64,000 nucleotides of DNA from an uncultured Planctomycetaceae bacterium. Lineage in GTDB: Bacteria; Planctomycetota; Planctomycetia; Isosphaerales; Isosphaeraceae. The translations under genes were made by a program, and so were the position numbers. Under the pieces are notes generated by a model. The model ran no database searches. It was not told the DNA's origin and worked only from the letters and a program-made list of their open reading frames with translations. Positions within the stretch are counted from its first letter, which is position 1. The number at the start of each line of letters is the position of its first letter. This document shows positions 1 through 10,640 of this stretch, piece after piece. The stretch lies in assembly GCA_963833985.1 (NCBI GenBank), contig CAWIAD010000002.1, positions 512,001 to 576,000 on the forward strand, read 5' to 3'.

Positions 1-3000
1 GACCAGAGCCTCTGCCTCGCGGAGCTGGATTTCTCGCGGCAGGGTGACGGTCACGCGCTGGCCCTCCTGGGCATGGGCGGCTTCGCTGGGCTGGCCGGCG
101 GCCGATACGCGAACCAGGCCGATGCGTTGGCCCGGCGGCACTTCGAAGGCCAGCGTCTTGAGCCGCAGCGTGCCCCATTTCAGCTCGATGGTCTGGCGCT
201 GAGTGTTTTCGTCCCGTTGCTGCGCGATGGTGCCCCAGCCTTCGGCCGCGGTGAACGGGGCGCGGAAGTCGTCTGGCGTGAGCCGGGGCGCGAAGCCCAG
301 ATGGCCGGCGGGTCCGTGGTACTCGAAGCCGCATGCCGCCAGGAACACGCCGTGGCTGGCCATGGCGCGCGAGTAATGGTCCGAGCATTCGATCTCGTTG
401 TACGGGTTGCGCCGCGCGGGGTGGTAGCGGTCGTGGATCATCCGCACGATGGCCATGCCCTCGGTGACCAAGTTCTCCCAGAGCATCTGAGCGGCCACCG
501 AGTACTCGAAGCCGGTCCAGCATTCGTTGAAGTAAAAGGCAAACGCCGAGTTCGAGCCCGTCGCCTTGTCGGCACCGCCCCTGGGGAAGGTCGTCACCAG
601 CAGGCCTCCCTCGCCGGGCATGGCGTACCAGCGGCCACCGGGGATGGTCTTGAACTTCTGGCGGTACGGGCCCACGTCGGGCGTGAAGTTGTAGCGCCAG
701 AGTGAATGGAGCGCCAGGCGCGCCTCGGGCTGGGGAACGACGCGTGGCAGGTTCACCTGCAAGGCCATGCCGTGGCCGAGCAACTGGTCGCTGTGGCAGC
801 CGACGTTCGTGTTGTTGTGACGGTTATCGGGCGGCTTGTGGATGAAGTACTCGCCGTTGAAGAGCTTGGCGACCAGGCTGTGCCGCCCGGCGTCCACGAG
901 CGTGCGGCAGCGGTCCGCGAACGCGGCGTCGCCCATCTCACCGGCCATCGCCGCACCGGCCGAGAGGGCGGCCAGGTAGAGCGAGCTGATCCAGGCCATC
1001 GGCCCGAACCAGGCGGTGTCCAGCGTGTTCATCTGCTCGCCTTCGAGCAGGCCGTCGGCATCGCGGTCCTGGGCCATGATGAACTCGAGCGACCGCTTCA
1101 CGCGTGGCCAGATGCGCTTGAGGAACTCGGCGTCGGGCGCCATCTGGTGCTCGCGGTAGGCGCGGATGATCGTGCCGCAGAAGCCGTCGTGCGCCACATG
1201 GCGGTCGTTCTCGGCGCGGAAGTCCATTGCGCCGCTCTGGTGCCAGGCCAGGCCGAAGTCGACGCGCTCGCGGAGGTCGCGCTCGATCGCCGGAAAGAGC
1301 CGGGCCATGGACTGGGCGTACTGCCAGACGTGCTGGCAGGTCCCCGCGCAGCAATCGACACCCTCCCAGCCCCAGAAGCGGCCGTTGTCGAAGGCGTGGA
1401 AGGCCTGCGTTGCCAGGCAGTTCGCCGGCGTGAAGGTGCGGTCCAGGAACCAGTAAGGTAAGGTGGAATCGTACCAGGTGCGGTTCCAGAGCCGGGTCTG
1501 GGACGAGAGCCTCTGGAAGTGGTCGGCGACGTAGGCCGCCACGGCATCCGCGCCATGGAAGTGGCGGATGTAGTGCCGCCGGAGCTTCGGCATCCCGGTG
1601 ATGCCGGCCATCTCCCCGGTGACCTGCCCGTAGAACGGGAACCACCACGAGAGCAGGAACGTGAACGTGGCCGTTTCTCCAGGCCCGAGCGTCCGCTTGC
1701 GGCCAAGGGCGCCGATGAGCGGCTCGTTCAGCGGCTTGCGTTTCGGAGCCGCCGGGCCCTGGTTCGCGAACAGGCTCGCCGGGTCGAACTTGCCGTTCTG
1801 CCTGGCGTTCTCGACGTCGACGATCGTGATCAGACCGTCGCGCTCCTCGCCCAGAAGGCTGAGGGCCAGCGAGCCGTAGCCTGGGACGTCGTGCAGCGAG
1901 TCAGAGGCGGGCCGGTCGGTGAAGACGATCTGGTCGACTGTCGTGTGCCCCCAGCTCCCGGTGGCGTCGTCGACAACCTGGAGCTTTGCTTTCTGGCCCT
2001 GGAACTCGCGGACGTCGAAGGCGTCGTGCCTCATCTCGCCTCCGCCGGAGCCGGCCGCCCGGCGCACGACCTTGCCATCCACCAGGAGGCGCAGGCCCAG
2101 GCGATCCGCGTCGCGGCCGCCGCCGATGAGGAACCGGATGAACCGGCGCCCGATGGCGAACTCCGGGCTCGTGAGCGTGCCCTTGTGGGAGTCGGCGGCG
2201 CCGGCGTCCTCGCCGTGCCGCATCATGTGCGTATTCACGAAGCCCTTGCCCTGGTAACCCCTGAGCGTCGTGTAGAAGCGCCGCTCATTCTCGTGGTAGG
2301 GCCGGTCGTCGAAGGCGGAGCCCTCGGCTTTCCAGTTGCCGTAATTCTCGGCTTCAAAGTCGGCGAAGACCACGTCGGGCCTGGCCGGCGACTCCTCGGG
2401 GACCTGAAGGGCCGTGCCCAGCAGGGTCACGCGGTTGCGGGCGCTGGTGTCGAAGGCGTTCTGGCGCCGCAGAGTGAGGCCCCCGTCGCCCGCGCGGCAG
2501 ACCGCGTTTTCGAGCCAGCCGCAGAGGCTCACCTCGGCCGGCGACTGGCTGGTGTTCTTCACCTCGAAGGAGAGCACCGTGGCAGGCAGCGACGAGTCCG
2601 CGACATTGAGCGGGATGAACGGGGAGAAGGCCTCAAGCGTCACGTCGACGGGCAGATCGCCATCGTGGTAAGTCACACGGCCTATGGGGTACTCGCCCCG
2701 GAATGTGACGTCGCGAAACCCTTTCTGGTCAAGGGTCCGGACGACGGTCTTGCCGGCCTGGACCACCTGGAAGGCGAAGCCCTGCTCGACGGCCGGCCGG
2801 GGTTGCAGCGGATGCTCGTAGCGCGGGCCGGCCCAGATGTTGGGCGGGTGCTCCACGGTCGGGGCGGAAGTGAAGATGTCCCAGTACCAGAGACGGCCGT
2901 CGCCGCCCAGGTAGAGCTGTCCGCATGCGATGCCGCCCACGGGCATGCCGACCCAGTTCAGCTCGGCCCCGCGATAGGTCTCGGGCTGGCCGCGCCGGGT

Positions 3001-3228
3001 CAGTCCCCCCACCCACTGCGGACTGAGCTTCTTGTCGGCGGGCACGAGCGTCTCAAAATCCCGATCATCGAACGGCCCGGCCATGGCGGGCAGTTCCCGG
3101 AGCAGCGCTGCGGCCGCCGCGCCGAGGCCCGCCGTGGCCAGGAAATCACGCCGGCCGATGGAGAGAGGCTGAGGCCCGCAGCCGCAGCCTGACGAATCGC
3201 AATCGTTTCGAGGATCTTGCCGTTCCAT
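1..3228 (-). CDS. GH116-family (non-lysosomal glucosylceramidase-like) glycoside hydrolase, Tat-exported; 3' end lies just outside the window
   Basis: Manual minus-strand translation from ATG 3228 gives MERQDPRND...GRRDFLATAGLGAAAA (twin-arginine signal), then GMPVGGIACGQLYLGGDGRLWYWDIF. The frame stays open to base 1. The plus-strand ORFs 73-705, 706-1461 and 1519-3192 are its in-register antisense shadow. Confidence 0.8.
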   Translation of the reverse strand, partial: MERQDPRNDCDSSGCGCGPQPLSIGRRDFLATAGLGAAAAALLRELPAMAGPFDDRDFETLVPADKKLSPQWVGGLTRRGQPETYRGAELNWVGMPVGGIACGQLYLGGDGRLWYWDIFTSAPTVEHPPNIWAGPRYEHPLQPRPAVEQGFAFQVVQAGKTVVRTLDQKGFRDVTFRGEYPIGRVTYHDGDLPVDVTLEAFSPFIPLNVADSSLPATVLSFEVKNTSQSPAEVSLCGWLENAVCRAGDGGLTLRRQNAFDTSARNRVTLLGTALQVPEESPARPDVVFADFEAENYGNWKAEGSAFDDRPYHENERRFYTTLRGYQGKGFVNTHMMRHGEDAGAADSHKGTLTSPEFAIGRRFIRFLIGGGRDADRLGLRLLVDGKVVRRAAGSGGGEMRHDAFDVREFQGQKAKLQVVDDATGSWGHTTVDQIVFTDRPASDSLHDVPGYGSLALSLLGEERDGLITIVDVENARQNGKFDPASLFANQGPAAPKRKPLNEPLIGALGRKRTLGPGETATFTFLLSWWFPFYGQVTGEMAGITGMPKLRRHYIRHFHGADAVAAYVADHFQRLSSQTRLWNRTWYDSTLPYWFLDRTFTPANCLATQAFHAFDNGRFWGWEGVDCCAGTCQHVWQYAQSMARLFPAIERDLRERVDFGLAWHQSGAMDFRAENDRHVAHDGFCGTIIRAYREHQMAPDAEFLKRIWPRVKRSLEFIMAQDRDADGLLEGEQMNTLDTAWFGPMAWISSLYLAALSAGAAMAGEMGDAAFADRCRTLVDAGRHSLVAKLFNGEYFIHKPPDNRHNNTNVGCHSDQLLGHGMALQVNLPRVVPQPEARLALHSLWRYNFTPDVGPYRQKFKTIPGGRWYAMPGEGGLLVTTFPRGGADKATGSNSAFAFYFNECWTGFEYSVAAQMLWENLVTEGMAIVRMIHDRYHPARRNPYNEIECSDHYSRAMASHGVFLAACGFEYHGPAGHLGFAPRLTPDDFRAPFTAAEGWGTIAQQRDENTQRQTIELKWGTLRLKTLAFEVPPGQRIGLVRVSAAGQPSEAAHAQEGQRVTVTLPREIQLREAEALV

Positions 3229-3325
3229 GAGCCGTGCCCTTCATGTCGAATGATCCTGGACCACCCGCTGAAGATAACACGCGCCTGGCTCACGGTCACG
3301 AACGCTGCACGGCGGGCGCCCCGGT

Positions 3326-5635
3326 TCAGAAACGAGGGTCCACCGGCCCGCTCAGGAGATCCAGCACGAGGAGGCTGAAGGGGAACGGCTTGCCCTCGTC
3401 GACGGCCTCGTGGTTCAGACGAATCTCGTAATGGTCGTACGTGATGCCGTCACGGGTTTCCTGCCGCTCATCGGCCGAGAACCAGAACCGCACCGGCCAG
3501 GTCCCGTGGCGTGCGATCTGCTCGTAGTCCGCCTTGACGATCTCGAACTGGCGCCTGGCCGGTTGCGGCTCGCCGACCCGGCGGAGGTAGGTCTCGTAGA
3601 GCCGCAGTCCGGCCTCGATCGACTGCCGCGTCCTGTCCTCGCCCAGCCAGGCGGCCAGGGCGGATTTGCCCTCGCGTCGGAGCTGGTCGCGGAGGATGCC
3701 GACGGCGTTCTCCAGGGTTGCCGCGCCGGCATAGCGCGGCAGGTCCGTACGCAGCCGCTCGCCAAGTTCGCCGGCCCGCGTGCCGGTGAGCGTGCCCGCC
3801 GGCGGAAGCAAGCTGAGCTGCGGCATGCGGCTGGTGTCGATGACCTCGCCGCCGTTGGCCGTGATCAGGCAGCGCAGCGAGGCCTCATTGAGGGAACGGT
3901 CGAGGAACCGAACCTCGCCATGCACGAAGAGCGCGGCGAAGCCGCCCGCCATCGAGCCGCCGAGGCGGGGCAGGGGCTGGTCCGGCGCGAAAGGAAGCTC
4001 GTCTGGCCTGGTCCAGGGCACCGCGTCGGCGGCTTCCACAACCGCCAGCGTATTGCTGGTTCCGTCGGTGATCTCGCCGACGTTCATCCCCTTACCCTCG
4101 CGGAAGAACGCGGTGGGAACCCATTCCTGGGCCGGCTCGTCGACGGGCTCATCTCCCTCCGCGACGCCGGCTGGTGGCGCGGCCTGCGTCCTGTCTGATG
4201 CCTTGGCGGGAGTTGAGACCGGTCGCTTTTCCTTCCTGGCCCTCATGCCCCCCATCGTTCCCGAGGGACTACGTCTCCTGCTGCTCGCTCGGGGACCGCT
4301 CGCGGCGCCTGCTGCACCCTGTGGCTCGGGCTCCGCATTCGGTTGAACGCTCACGAATCCGCGATAGACGGTCGTGAAGGGTTGCCGTCCCGCAACAGCC
4401 GATGCGTAGGCCGCCGGCATGCGCTCCAGGAGGGGCCTGTTGTGCGGGCTGTCCCAGGGCTCATCGAGGTGGAATTCCTTGTAAAGGTCGGAGCGCGAGC
4501 GGCCGTCGTAGTCTTTCAGGTAAGGCAGGATGGCGACGCGCCAGCTCAGGAGCGGCTTGCCGTCGTTGCCGGTGATGGCGGCCGGCGGGTAGTGCCCTTC
4601 CGCGGCCTCATAGTTATGAAGCGCCAGGCCGACCCGTTTCAGGTTGCCGGCGTGCCGTGCCCAGATGGCATCGTCGCCGGGTTTTGATCCGGTCGTGGCT
4701 GTTGCCGCATGGCTGCCGGCAGGCTGCTCCTGTCGCGCCTCGGACTGCTGCCGCAGCAAGCCGGTGCCGAGGCCCACCACACTGGCCGTCAAGACGCACG
4801 CCGCGGCCCATCGGATCTTGTTTATCCACATGGCTCTGGACACCTCCTTCGCTCCCAGGATCACGCTTGAAGAGAGCGGGCCCGCCAGCGGCAGTCCCGT
4901 CCCCAGCCGATGGACGATTTGAACGGTGGAATGGATGAGCGGCCCGGAGCAGGTGGCCGGGGAGGCTTCTTCGACGGCAGCCACTCCCGCCAGAGCCAGG
5001 GACGGAGCAAGCCCGCGCCGGACCATACGGGACCTGAGCTTGTCTCGACCGCGGGACAGCCGGCTCTTCACAGTGCCGACGGGCCAGCCCAGGCGCAGGG
5101 CGGCCTGCTCGTGACTGACCTCCTCGAGGTCGCAGAGCACGATCGGCGCACGCAGTCGTTCGGGCAGCCGGCTGAGTTCTTCGTGAACGATGCGGGCGAG
5201 TTCGGCGGTCTCCGCCCGTTCGCCTGGGAATGTTCCTACGCGGCACTGTGCATAGCGCTCTTCGTGGCGCTTGCGCCGAGAACCGGCGGAACGCGAGCAC
5301 GATGCCACGCGGTAGGCCACTCCGTGCAGCCAGCTCGCCAGCGACTCCCTACGGCGTACGGAGCGCGCCTGCTGCGCCAGCACCAGGAACGTGGCCTGGA
5401 ACGCATCCTCCGCCTGGTGAGTTTCTCCGAGCACCCTGAGACAGACCCTCCAGACCATTCTGCCATGGCGCTGGACCAGGGTGGCAAATGCAGCCTCGGC
5501 GGCATCGTTGCCGCCAGTCATGTACCTTTCCAGAAGATGAGCGTCCGGCAGGCTTCCCAACGCTCCGGCCTGAAGCAGTACGCTGATCTGCCGCAGCACA
5601 CCCGGATACGGCTCTTGATTTGTTGCCACGGTCAT
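3326..5635 (-). CDS. ECF-type RNA polymerase sigma-70 factor with TM helix and C-terminal DUF1559 domain
   Basis: Region 2 AEDAFQATFLVLA...SWLHGVAYR, region 4 LGWPVGTVKSRLSRGR, a hydrophobic helix, then DUF1559 motifs NLKRVGLALHNY, LSWRVAILPYL and ITDGTSNT. Confidence 0.85.
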   Translation of the reverse strand: MTVATNQEPYPGVLRQISVLLQAGALGSLPDAHLLERYMTGGNDAAEAAFATLVQRHGRMVWRVCLRVLGETHQAEDAFQATFLVLAQQARSVRRRESLASWLHGVAYRVASCSRSAGSRRKRHEERYAQCRVGTFPGERAETAELARIVHEELSRLPERLRAPIVLCDLEEVSHEQAALRLGWPVGTVKSRLSRGRDKLRSRMVRRGLAPSLALAGVAAVEEASPATCSGPLIHSTVQIVHRLGTGLPLAGPLSSSVILGAKEVSRAMWINKIRWAAACVLTASVVGLGTGLLRQQSEARQEQPAGSHAATATTGSKPGDDAIWARHAGNLKRVGLALHNYEAAEGHYPPAAITGNDGKPLLSWRVAILPYLKDYDGRSRSDLYKEFHLDEPWDSPHNRPLLERMPAAYASAVAGRQPFTTVYRGFVSVQPNAEPEPQGAAGAASGPRASSRRRSPSGTMGGMRARKEKRPVSTPAKASDRTQAAPPAGVAEGDEPVDEPAQEWVPTAFFREGKGMNVGEITDGTSNTLAVVEAADAVPWTRPDELPFAPDQPLPRLGGSMAGGFAALFVHGEVRFLDRSLNEASLRCLITANGGEVIDTSRMPQLSLLPPAGTLTGTRAGELGERLRTDLPRYAGAATLENAVGILRDQLRREGKSALAAWLGEDRTRQSIEAGLRLYETYLRRVGEPQPARRQFEIVKADYEQIARHGTWPVRFWFSADERQETRDGITYDHYEIRLNHEAVDEGKPFPFSLLVLDLLSGPVDPRF

Positions 5636-5885
5636 TGCTCCCACGAGCGTCCAAGCCATTGCCTGACTGGATAAAGGGTAGTGTCACGAGCCCCAGAAAG
5701 CGTTCCGAGATTTGCAGGAGGAAGAAGGAATCCGAGGGCACCGGGGCCGATTCCAGCGCGGCGATCTTGCCGACTTGCCCGTGACAAGGTGGCGAATCTT
5801 CGTATGATCCGCCGCAGCCGCGGAAACAGGTGCAGCGGGCCGTGGAAGGTACCGCTGGAACCCGAAGTTCGCCCAGGGAGAGGAG

Positions 5886-7849
5886 ATGACGAACTTCGCG
5901 CCAGATCAACGAGTCCGCACGTCGCGCTGTGCCTGGACCGGCAGGGCGAGACCGCTGCTCATTGCCCTGCTTCCGCTCCTGCTGCTGCAAGGCGGTTGCG
6001 CCTCGATTGTGATTCACGAGCAGCCCACGCTCGACCGTACCGCGCTGGTCATCCCGGCCAGCAGCGCAAGGCCACCCGCCGATACCCTCGCCCTCATCCA
6101 GGCCGGCGTGACGCTCGACCGGAAGCATCCCGAATGGGCGGTCGCCTACTACCGGGACGCCGCCCTGGCGGCGCTTCCCTACGTGCTTCACGAGAAGCTG
6201 TCGACCCGCACGGAGATCGAGGCCGCAAGCCCGGCGCAGGGGGTTTACCGGCGGGCGATCGAGTACATGCTGGAAACGGCCCACCGTCAGGCGCAGGCGG
6301 AGGGAAGCTCCTGGACGGACGTGCTCGCACGTACGGGCATCGGCGTGCGAGGACGGGTGGGAATCTACGAAGCCGCGCGCTGGGAAGAGGCTCTGCCAAC
6401 GCGCCGGTTCGACGTGAAGGGCTTCCGCCACCGGGCGGGCAGGGGGGGTGCCGGGGCGCCGGTCGTGGTTTGCCTGACCCGTTCCGGACGGTGGGGCGAG
6501 CCCGCCACCGAGACGAGCGGAGCGCTCGTCGAGCCGTGCGAGGCCCACTTCCCCAGGACCCTCTACCGTGCTGCCGCGGCCACGCTCCGGACGGGAGTCG
6601 GCCCGGACGAGCCGCAGGCGGTTCTGGACCTGCACGACCCGGTCCGCCACCCCGCCATGCAATGGCAGCCCGACGCCCGCGCCCGGCCGTTCCACTGGCC
6701 TATGACATGACGGTCCCACTTGGACGCCAGTTTCATGTCGCCAACCTGAACCTGCTGGGAGCCCTCGGCGTCCTCTTCCCTTCGCAGTACGACGGCCGGA
6801 CCGGCATTTATATGCTTGATCCGTATATGCCGGGCAAGATTCCCGTGGTCTTCGTGCACGGCCTGATGTCCAGCCCGGAAGCCTGGGACAACGCCATGAA
6901 CGACCTGCGCGGCGATCCGGAGCTGCGCAAACGCTATCAGTTCTGGATGTTCTTCTACTCCACGGGGAACCCGATCCTGGCCTCCGCGGCGCGGTTTCGC
7001 AAGTCGCTCTCCGAGCTGCGGACCCAGCTCGACCCCGAGCACGCGGACCCGGCGTTCGACCAGATGGTCCTGATCGGCCACAGCATGGGCGGACTGCTGT
7101 CGCGCCTGGCCATCACCAACAGCGGCCAGACCCTCTGGAACACGGCCTCCAAGGTTCCTCCCGAACAGATTGTCATGGACCCGCCGCTCAAGGACCTGAT
7201 GGTGCAGGCCCTGGTCTTCGAGCCAGTGCCCACGGTCAGCCGGGTGGTCTTCGTGTCGACCCCGCATCGCGGCAGCCCCCTGGGAGACAACTTCGTGGGA
7301 CGGGTCGCATCGAGCATGATCCAGGTCCCCAGTGATATCGTCCAGATTCGCCAGGCCCTGGCCAAGTACAACGGCCAGGTGAATGTGTCCGAAGCCTTTC
7401 GCGGTACCCGCTACGCCACCAGCGTGGCGCAACTGGGGATGGGCAACCCCATCCTCCAGGCCATCAACCAGCTCTCGATGAGCGAGTCCGTGCCGTATCA
7501 CTCGATCATCGGCTACGACGGCAAGGAGCCGCTTCCCGCCGGCGGCGACGGCGTGGTGCCGTACACGAGCGCCCACGTCGATGGCGCTCTTTCCGAGCTG
7601 GTCGTCTCCAGCAACCACTCGGCAGAAGAAAACGAGGAAGCCATCCAGGAGATGCGGCGGATTCTCACGCTCCACTACAACGAGATCGCCCTGACGAGCC
7701 AGGCGCGGAAGAGCGGTCAATCACCCGCGGCTCGCATCACCCGTCCACCCGGGCAAACCCCCGTCCGCTACGCCCTCACACCCCCTGCCGCACCGCCCTG
7801 GAATGATCGCATCACCAGCGCCCTCACTCCGGGCAGGGCCGTGCGCTAG
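5886..7849 (+). CDS. Alpha/beta-hydrolase lipoprotein (lipase/esterase-like), one frameshift near 6690
   Basis: Lipobox-like LQGGC in ORF 5886-6710. The coding continues in the frame of ORF 5681-7849 with VFVHGL, GHSMGG, STPHRGS and GDGVVPY. Confidence 0.75.
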
Positions 7850-7969
7850 GCGAGCCTCATCGCCCACGGAAGCCCCGTCTCTGACGGCCATCCATCGTTC
7901 ACGGTCGTGTTCGCCCGTATCATTCCTGCATCTCGCCGGTCGACGGTGCGAATTCTTGTGTCGCGCCAC

Positions 7970-8007
7970 TTGACTGGTTAACAGTGTTAACTAAGATAAC
8001 AGCGTTA
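7970..8007 (+). promoter_or_regulatory. Sigma70 promoter overlapped by two TetR-type operator palindromes
   Basis: TTGACT(7970)-N16-TAAGAT(7992). Inverted repeats GTTAACA-G-TGTTAAC (7977-7991) and TAAC-AGC-GTTA (7997-8007) lie directly upstream of the tetR-family gene. Confidence 0.7.
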
Positions 8008-8022
8008 GCCAAAGGTTTGGAC

Positions 8023-8664
8023 ATGGGTCCGACAGAGCGTCGTAAACAGGAGCGGGAGATGATGCGGGAGAAGATTCTCGACGCGGCGCGTGAGGTCTTC
8101 GTCGAGAAGGGATTCGAGGCGACCTCGATGCGCACGATCGCCCGCAAGATCGGTTACACCGCGACCACACTCTACGATTACTTCAAGGACAAGGATTCGC
8201 TCTTGCTCAGCCTCTGCGACCTCGATTTCGAGCGGTTCAACGAGGTCCTGGCGCGGACGAGCGGAGCGATCGCCGACCCGGTGGAGCGGCTGCGTGCACT
8301 GGGCCGCGCTTACTTCGCCTTCGCGCGGCAGTATCCGAGCCATTACCGGATGATGTTCATGACGCGGAGACCCCCGGTCGACCCCGCGCAGAGCGATATT
8401 GAGCGCGGCAACGCCGATCAGGATGCCTATGCCTATCTGCGGTCCGTCGTGGCCGAGGCACTGGCCGCCGGCCGGTTCCGAGACGAGTATCACGACGCCG
8501 ACCTGGTCGCCCAGATCGTCTGGAGCAGCGCACATGGTCTGGTGGCGCTTCACCTGGTGAAGGAAGACGACCACTGGTTCAACTGGCACCCCTTTGACGA
8601 AGCAGCCGAGGCGGTCCTCGACGTGTCGCTCAGGGGCCTACTGAAGGCCGACGAGGTACGGTGA
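8023..8664 (+). CDS. TetR/AcrR family transcriptional regulator (WHG-like C-terminus)
   Basis: ILDAAREVFVEKGFEATSMRTIARKIGYTATTLYDYFKDK HTH; WSSAHG motif. Confidence 0.9.
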   Translation: MGPTERRKQEREMMREKILDAAREVFVEKGFEATSMRTIARKIGYTATTLYDYFKDKDSLLLSLCDLDFERFNEVLARTSGAIADPVERLRALGRAYFAFARQYPSHYRMMFMTRRPPVDPAQSDIERGNADQDAYAYLRSVVAEALAAGRFRDEYHDADLVAQIVWSSAHGLVALHLVKEDDHWFNWHPFDEAAEAVLDVSLRGLLKADEVR

Positions 8665-8668
8665 TCTC

Positions 8669-9799
8669 ATGGTCGACCTGGCGCGGAAGATCCTGCTGCA
8701 CGACAAGCTGCGATTCCTGATCACGGTTTCCGGCGTGGCGTTCGCCGTCACACTGGTGTTCGTCCAGGTCGGCTTGTTCGAGGGCTTGCTGGCGAACGCC
8801 TCGGTGACGATCGAACGGATCGACGCCGATCTCTGGGTCACGGCCCGGAACACGCCGAATGTCGATTTCTCGAACACGTTCCCGGAAACTTTTGTCCAGC
8901 GCGTGCGGTCGATCTCCGGCGTGGCGCATGCCGAGAACCTGATCGTCTGGTTCGGCCGCGTCGCCCTGCCCAGTGGGGCCAACGAGAACGCCGTACTCTA
9001 CGCCCTGGAGAACTTCGATCGCTGGGGCCTCCCCTGGTCGATCCAGTCGGGCAGCCCGCGGGACCTGAGGCGTGGGAAATACGTCATCCTGGATGACTCC
9101 GCGATCAAGCGTTTCGGCGCCTTCGCGGTTGGCGACTATCGCGAGTTCTTCGGCCAGAGACTGAAGATCATCGGCACCACGCACGAGGCGCGTTCGTTCA
9201 CCACCAACCCGATCGCATTCGTCGATTACCGGCTCGCCCAGTCGATGATGCGGCAGGAACTGCACAACCGCACGACCTACATCCTGGTGAAGCTGGCGCC
9301 GGGCGCGAACCTAGAAGCCGTGCGCACCGAGATCCGCCGCCGGCTGCCGTACAATGACGTGCACAACCGAGCCGAATGGGCCGCCCGATCGCGGGACTAC
9401 TGGACCAGCAGCACGGGGCTCGGGCTGAACATGATGATGACCGTTTTTCTCGGCTGCCTGGTCGGGGTGGTGGTCGTTGCCCAGACGCTGTACACCTCCA
9501 CCATGGAGCACATCCGCGAATTTGCCACCGTCAAGGCCATCGGCGGAGGGAATGGCCACATTTTCGCGATCATTGGCAAGCAGGCGGCAATCGCGGCCGT
9601 CGTCGGCTTCGGAATGGGCGCTCTGATGACCCTTGCGCTCCGGCCGGCCATGGCAGCCATCGACCTGCGGCTGGTCCTCACGCCGGCGTTTGCCGCTTAC
9701 GTGTTCTGCGGGACCCTGGTGCTGTGCGTGAGCGCCTCGGTCCTCTCGTTCCGCCAGGTGGCCGGCATCGACCCCGCACTCGTCTTCCGTGGTGCCTGA
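8669..9799 (+). CDS. ABC exporter permease, FtsX/MacB (DevC-like) family
   Basis: N-terminal TM helix, periplasmic domain, EFATVKAIG, three C-terminal TM helices, IDPALVFR. Confidence 0.85.
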   Translation: MVDLARKILLHDKLRFLITVSGVAFAVTLVFVQVGLFEGLLANASVTIERIDADLWVTARNTPNVDFSNTFPETFVQRVRSISGVAHAENLIVWFGRVALPSGANENAVLYALENFDRWGLPWSIQSGSPRDLRRGKYVILDDSAIKRFGAFAVGDYREFFGQRLKIIGTTHEARSFTTNPIAFVDYRLAQSMMRQELHNRTTYILVKLAPGANLEAVRTEIRRRLPYNDVHNRAEWAARSRDYWTSSTGLGLNMMMTVFLGCLVGVVVVAQTLYTSTMEHIREFATVKAIGGGNGHIFAIIGKQAAIAAVVGFGMGALMTLALRPAMAAIDLRLVLTPAFAAYVFCGTLVLCVSASVLSFRQVAGIDPALVFRGA

Positions 9800-9912
9800 G
9801 CAGACGTGGACTGAACTGCACAGACGTCGCATGCCGCCGGGTGGGCTCTGCTGTCTTCGGCCGACCACTCCGGAGACGGTGCGCCTGGATCTTGAAGGGG
9901 AGGTTCATTCCC

Positions 9913-10584
9913 ATGAGCGTGCTGGAAGCGTTCGACTTGACCAAGGTCTATCGTGAGGGGACCGAGTCGGTCGCGGTGTTGAACGGTGCCTCGCTCCAGC
10001 TCGATCGCGGCGAGATCGTGGCCCTGGAGGGTCCTTCCGGGTCCGGCAAGACCACCTTCCTGACCATCGTCGGGTGCATGCTCACGCCGACGTCGGGACG
10101 AGTGGTGATCGAGGGACGCCCGGTGGATCCGACCCGGCCCGACAGGCTTCCCGAGTTCCGCCGCGGCTCGATCGGCTTCGTCTTCCAGCAGTTCAACCTG
10201 TTCCCGGCACTGACCGCCCTCGAGAACGTCGAGTACGCCCTCAATCTCAAAGGCGTCAAGGGAACGCCCGCGCGGCGTGAAGCCAGCCGCTTGCTCGACG
10301 CGGTCGGTCTCTCCGAGCGATCCAGCTACTTACCCCGCGACCTCTCCGGAGGCCAGAAGCAGCGCGTCGCGATCGCGCGGGCCCTGGCCGGATCCGCCCC
10401 CATCCTCCTGGCCGACGAGCCGACCGCGAACCTCGACACCCAGGTGGGCACCCAGGTCCTCGACCTCTTCCGCCGGCTTGCCACCGAGGAGAATCGGGCA
10501 CTCCTGATCGTGACCCATGACCCGAAGGTCCGCGCCGTGGCCGACCGCGTGGCGCAAATCCGCGATGGAGTGATCCTGAACTGA
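9913..10584 (+). CDS. ABC transporter ATP-binding protein (LolD/MacB type)
   Basis: GPSGSGKT, LSGGQKQRVAIARAL, LLADEPT, VTHD. Confidence 0.92.
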   Translation: MSVLEAFDLTKVYREGTESVAVLNGASLQLDRGEIVALEGPSGSGKTTFLTIVGCMLTPTSGRVVIEGRPVDPTRPDRLPEFRRGSIGFVFQQFNLFPALTALENVEYALNLKGVKGTPARREASRLLDAVGLSERSSYLPRDLSGGQKQRVAIARALAGSAPILLADEPTANLDTQVGTQVLDLFRRLATEENRALLIVTHDPKVRAVADRVAQIRDGVILN

Positions 10585-10640
10585 GATCCGGTACGCGTGA
10601 CGTCTTACTCATCGACCAACCCGATCCGGGAGAGTGGCTC

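Noticed and set aside
73..3192. Plus-strand ORFs 73-705, 706-1461 and 1519-3192
   Set aside because: Antisense shadows of the minus-strand GH116 gene, which the ORF track missed because it runs off the window edge.
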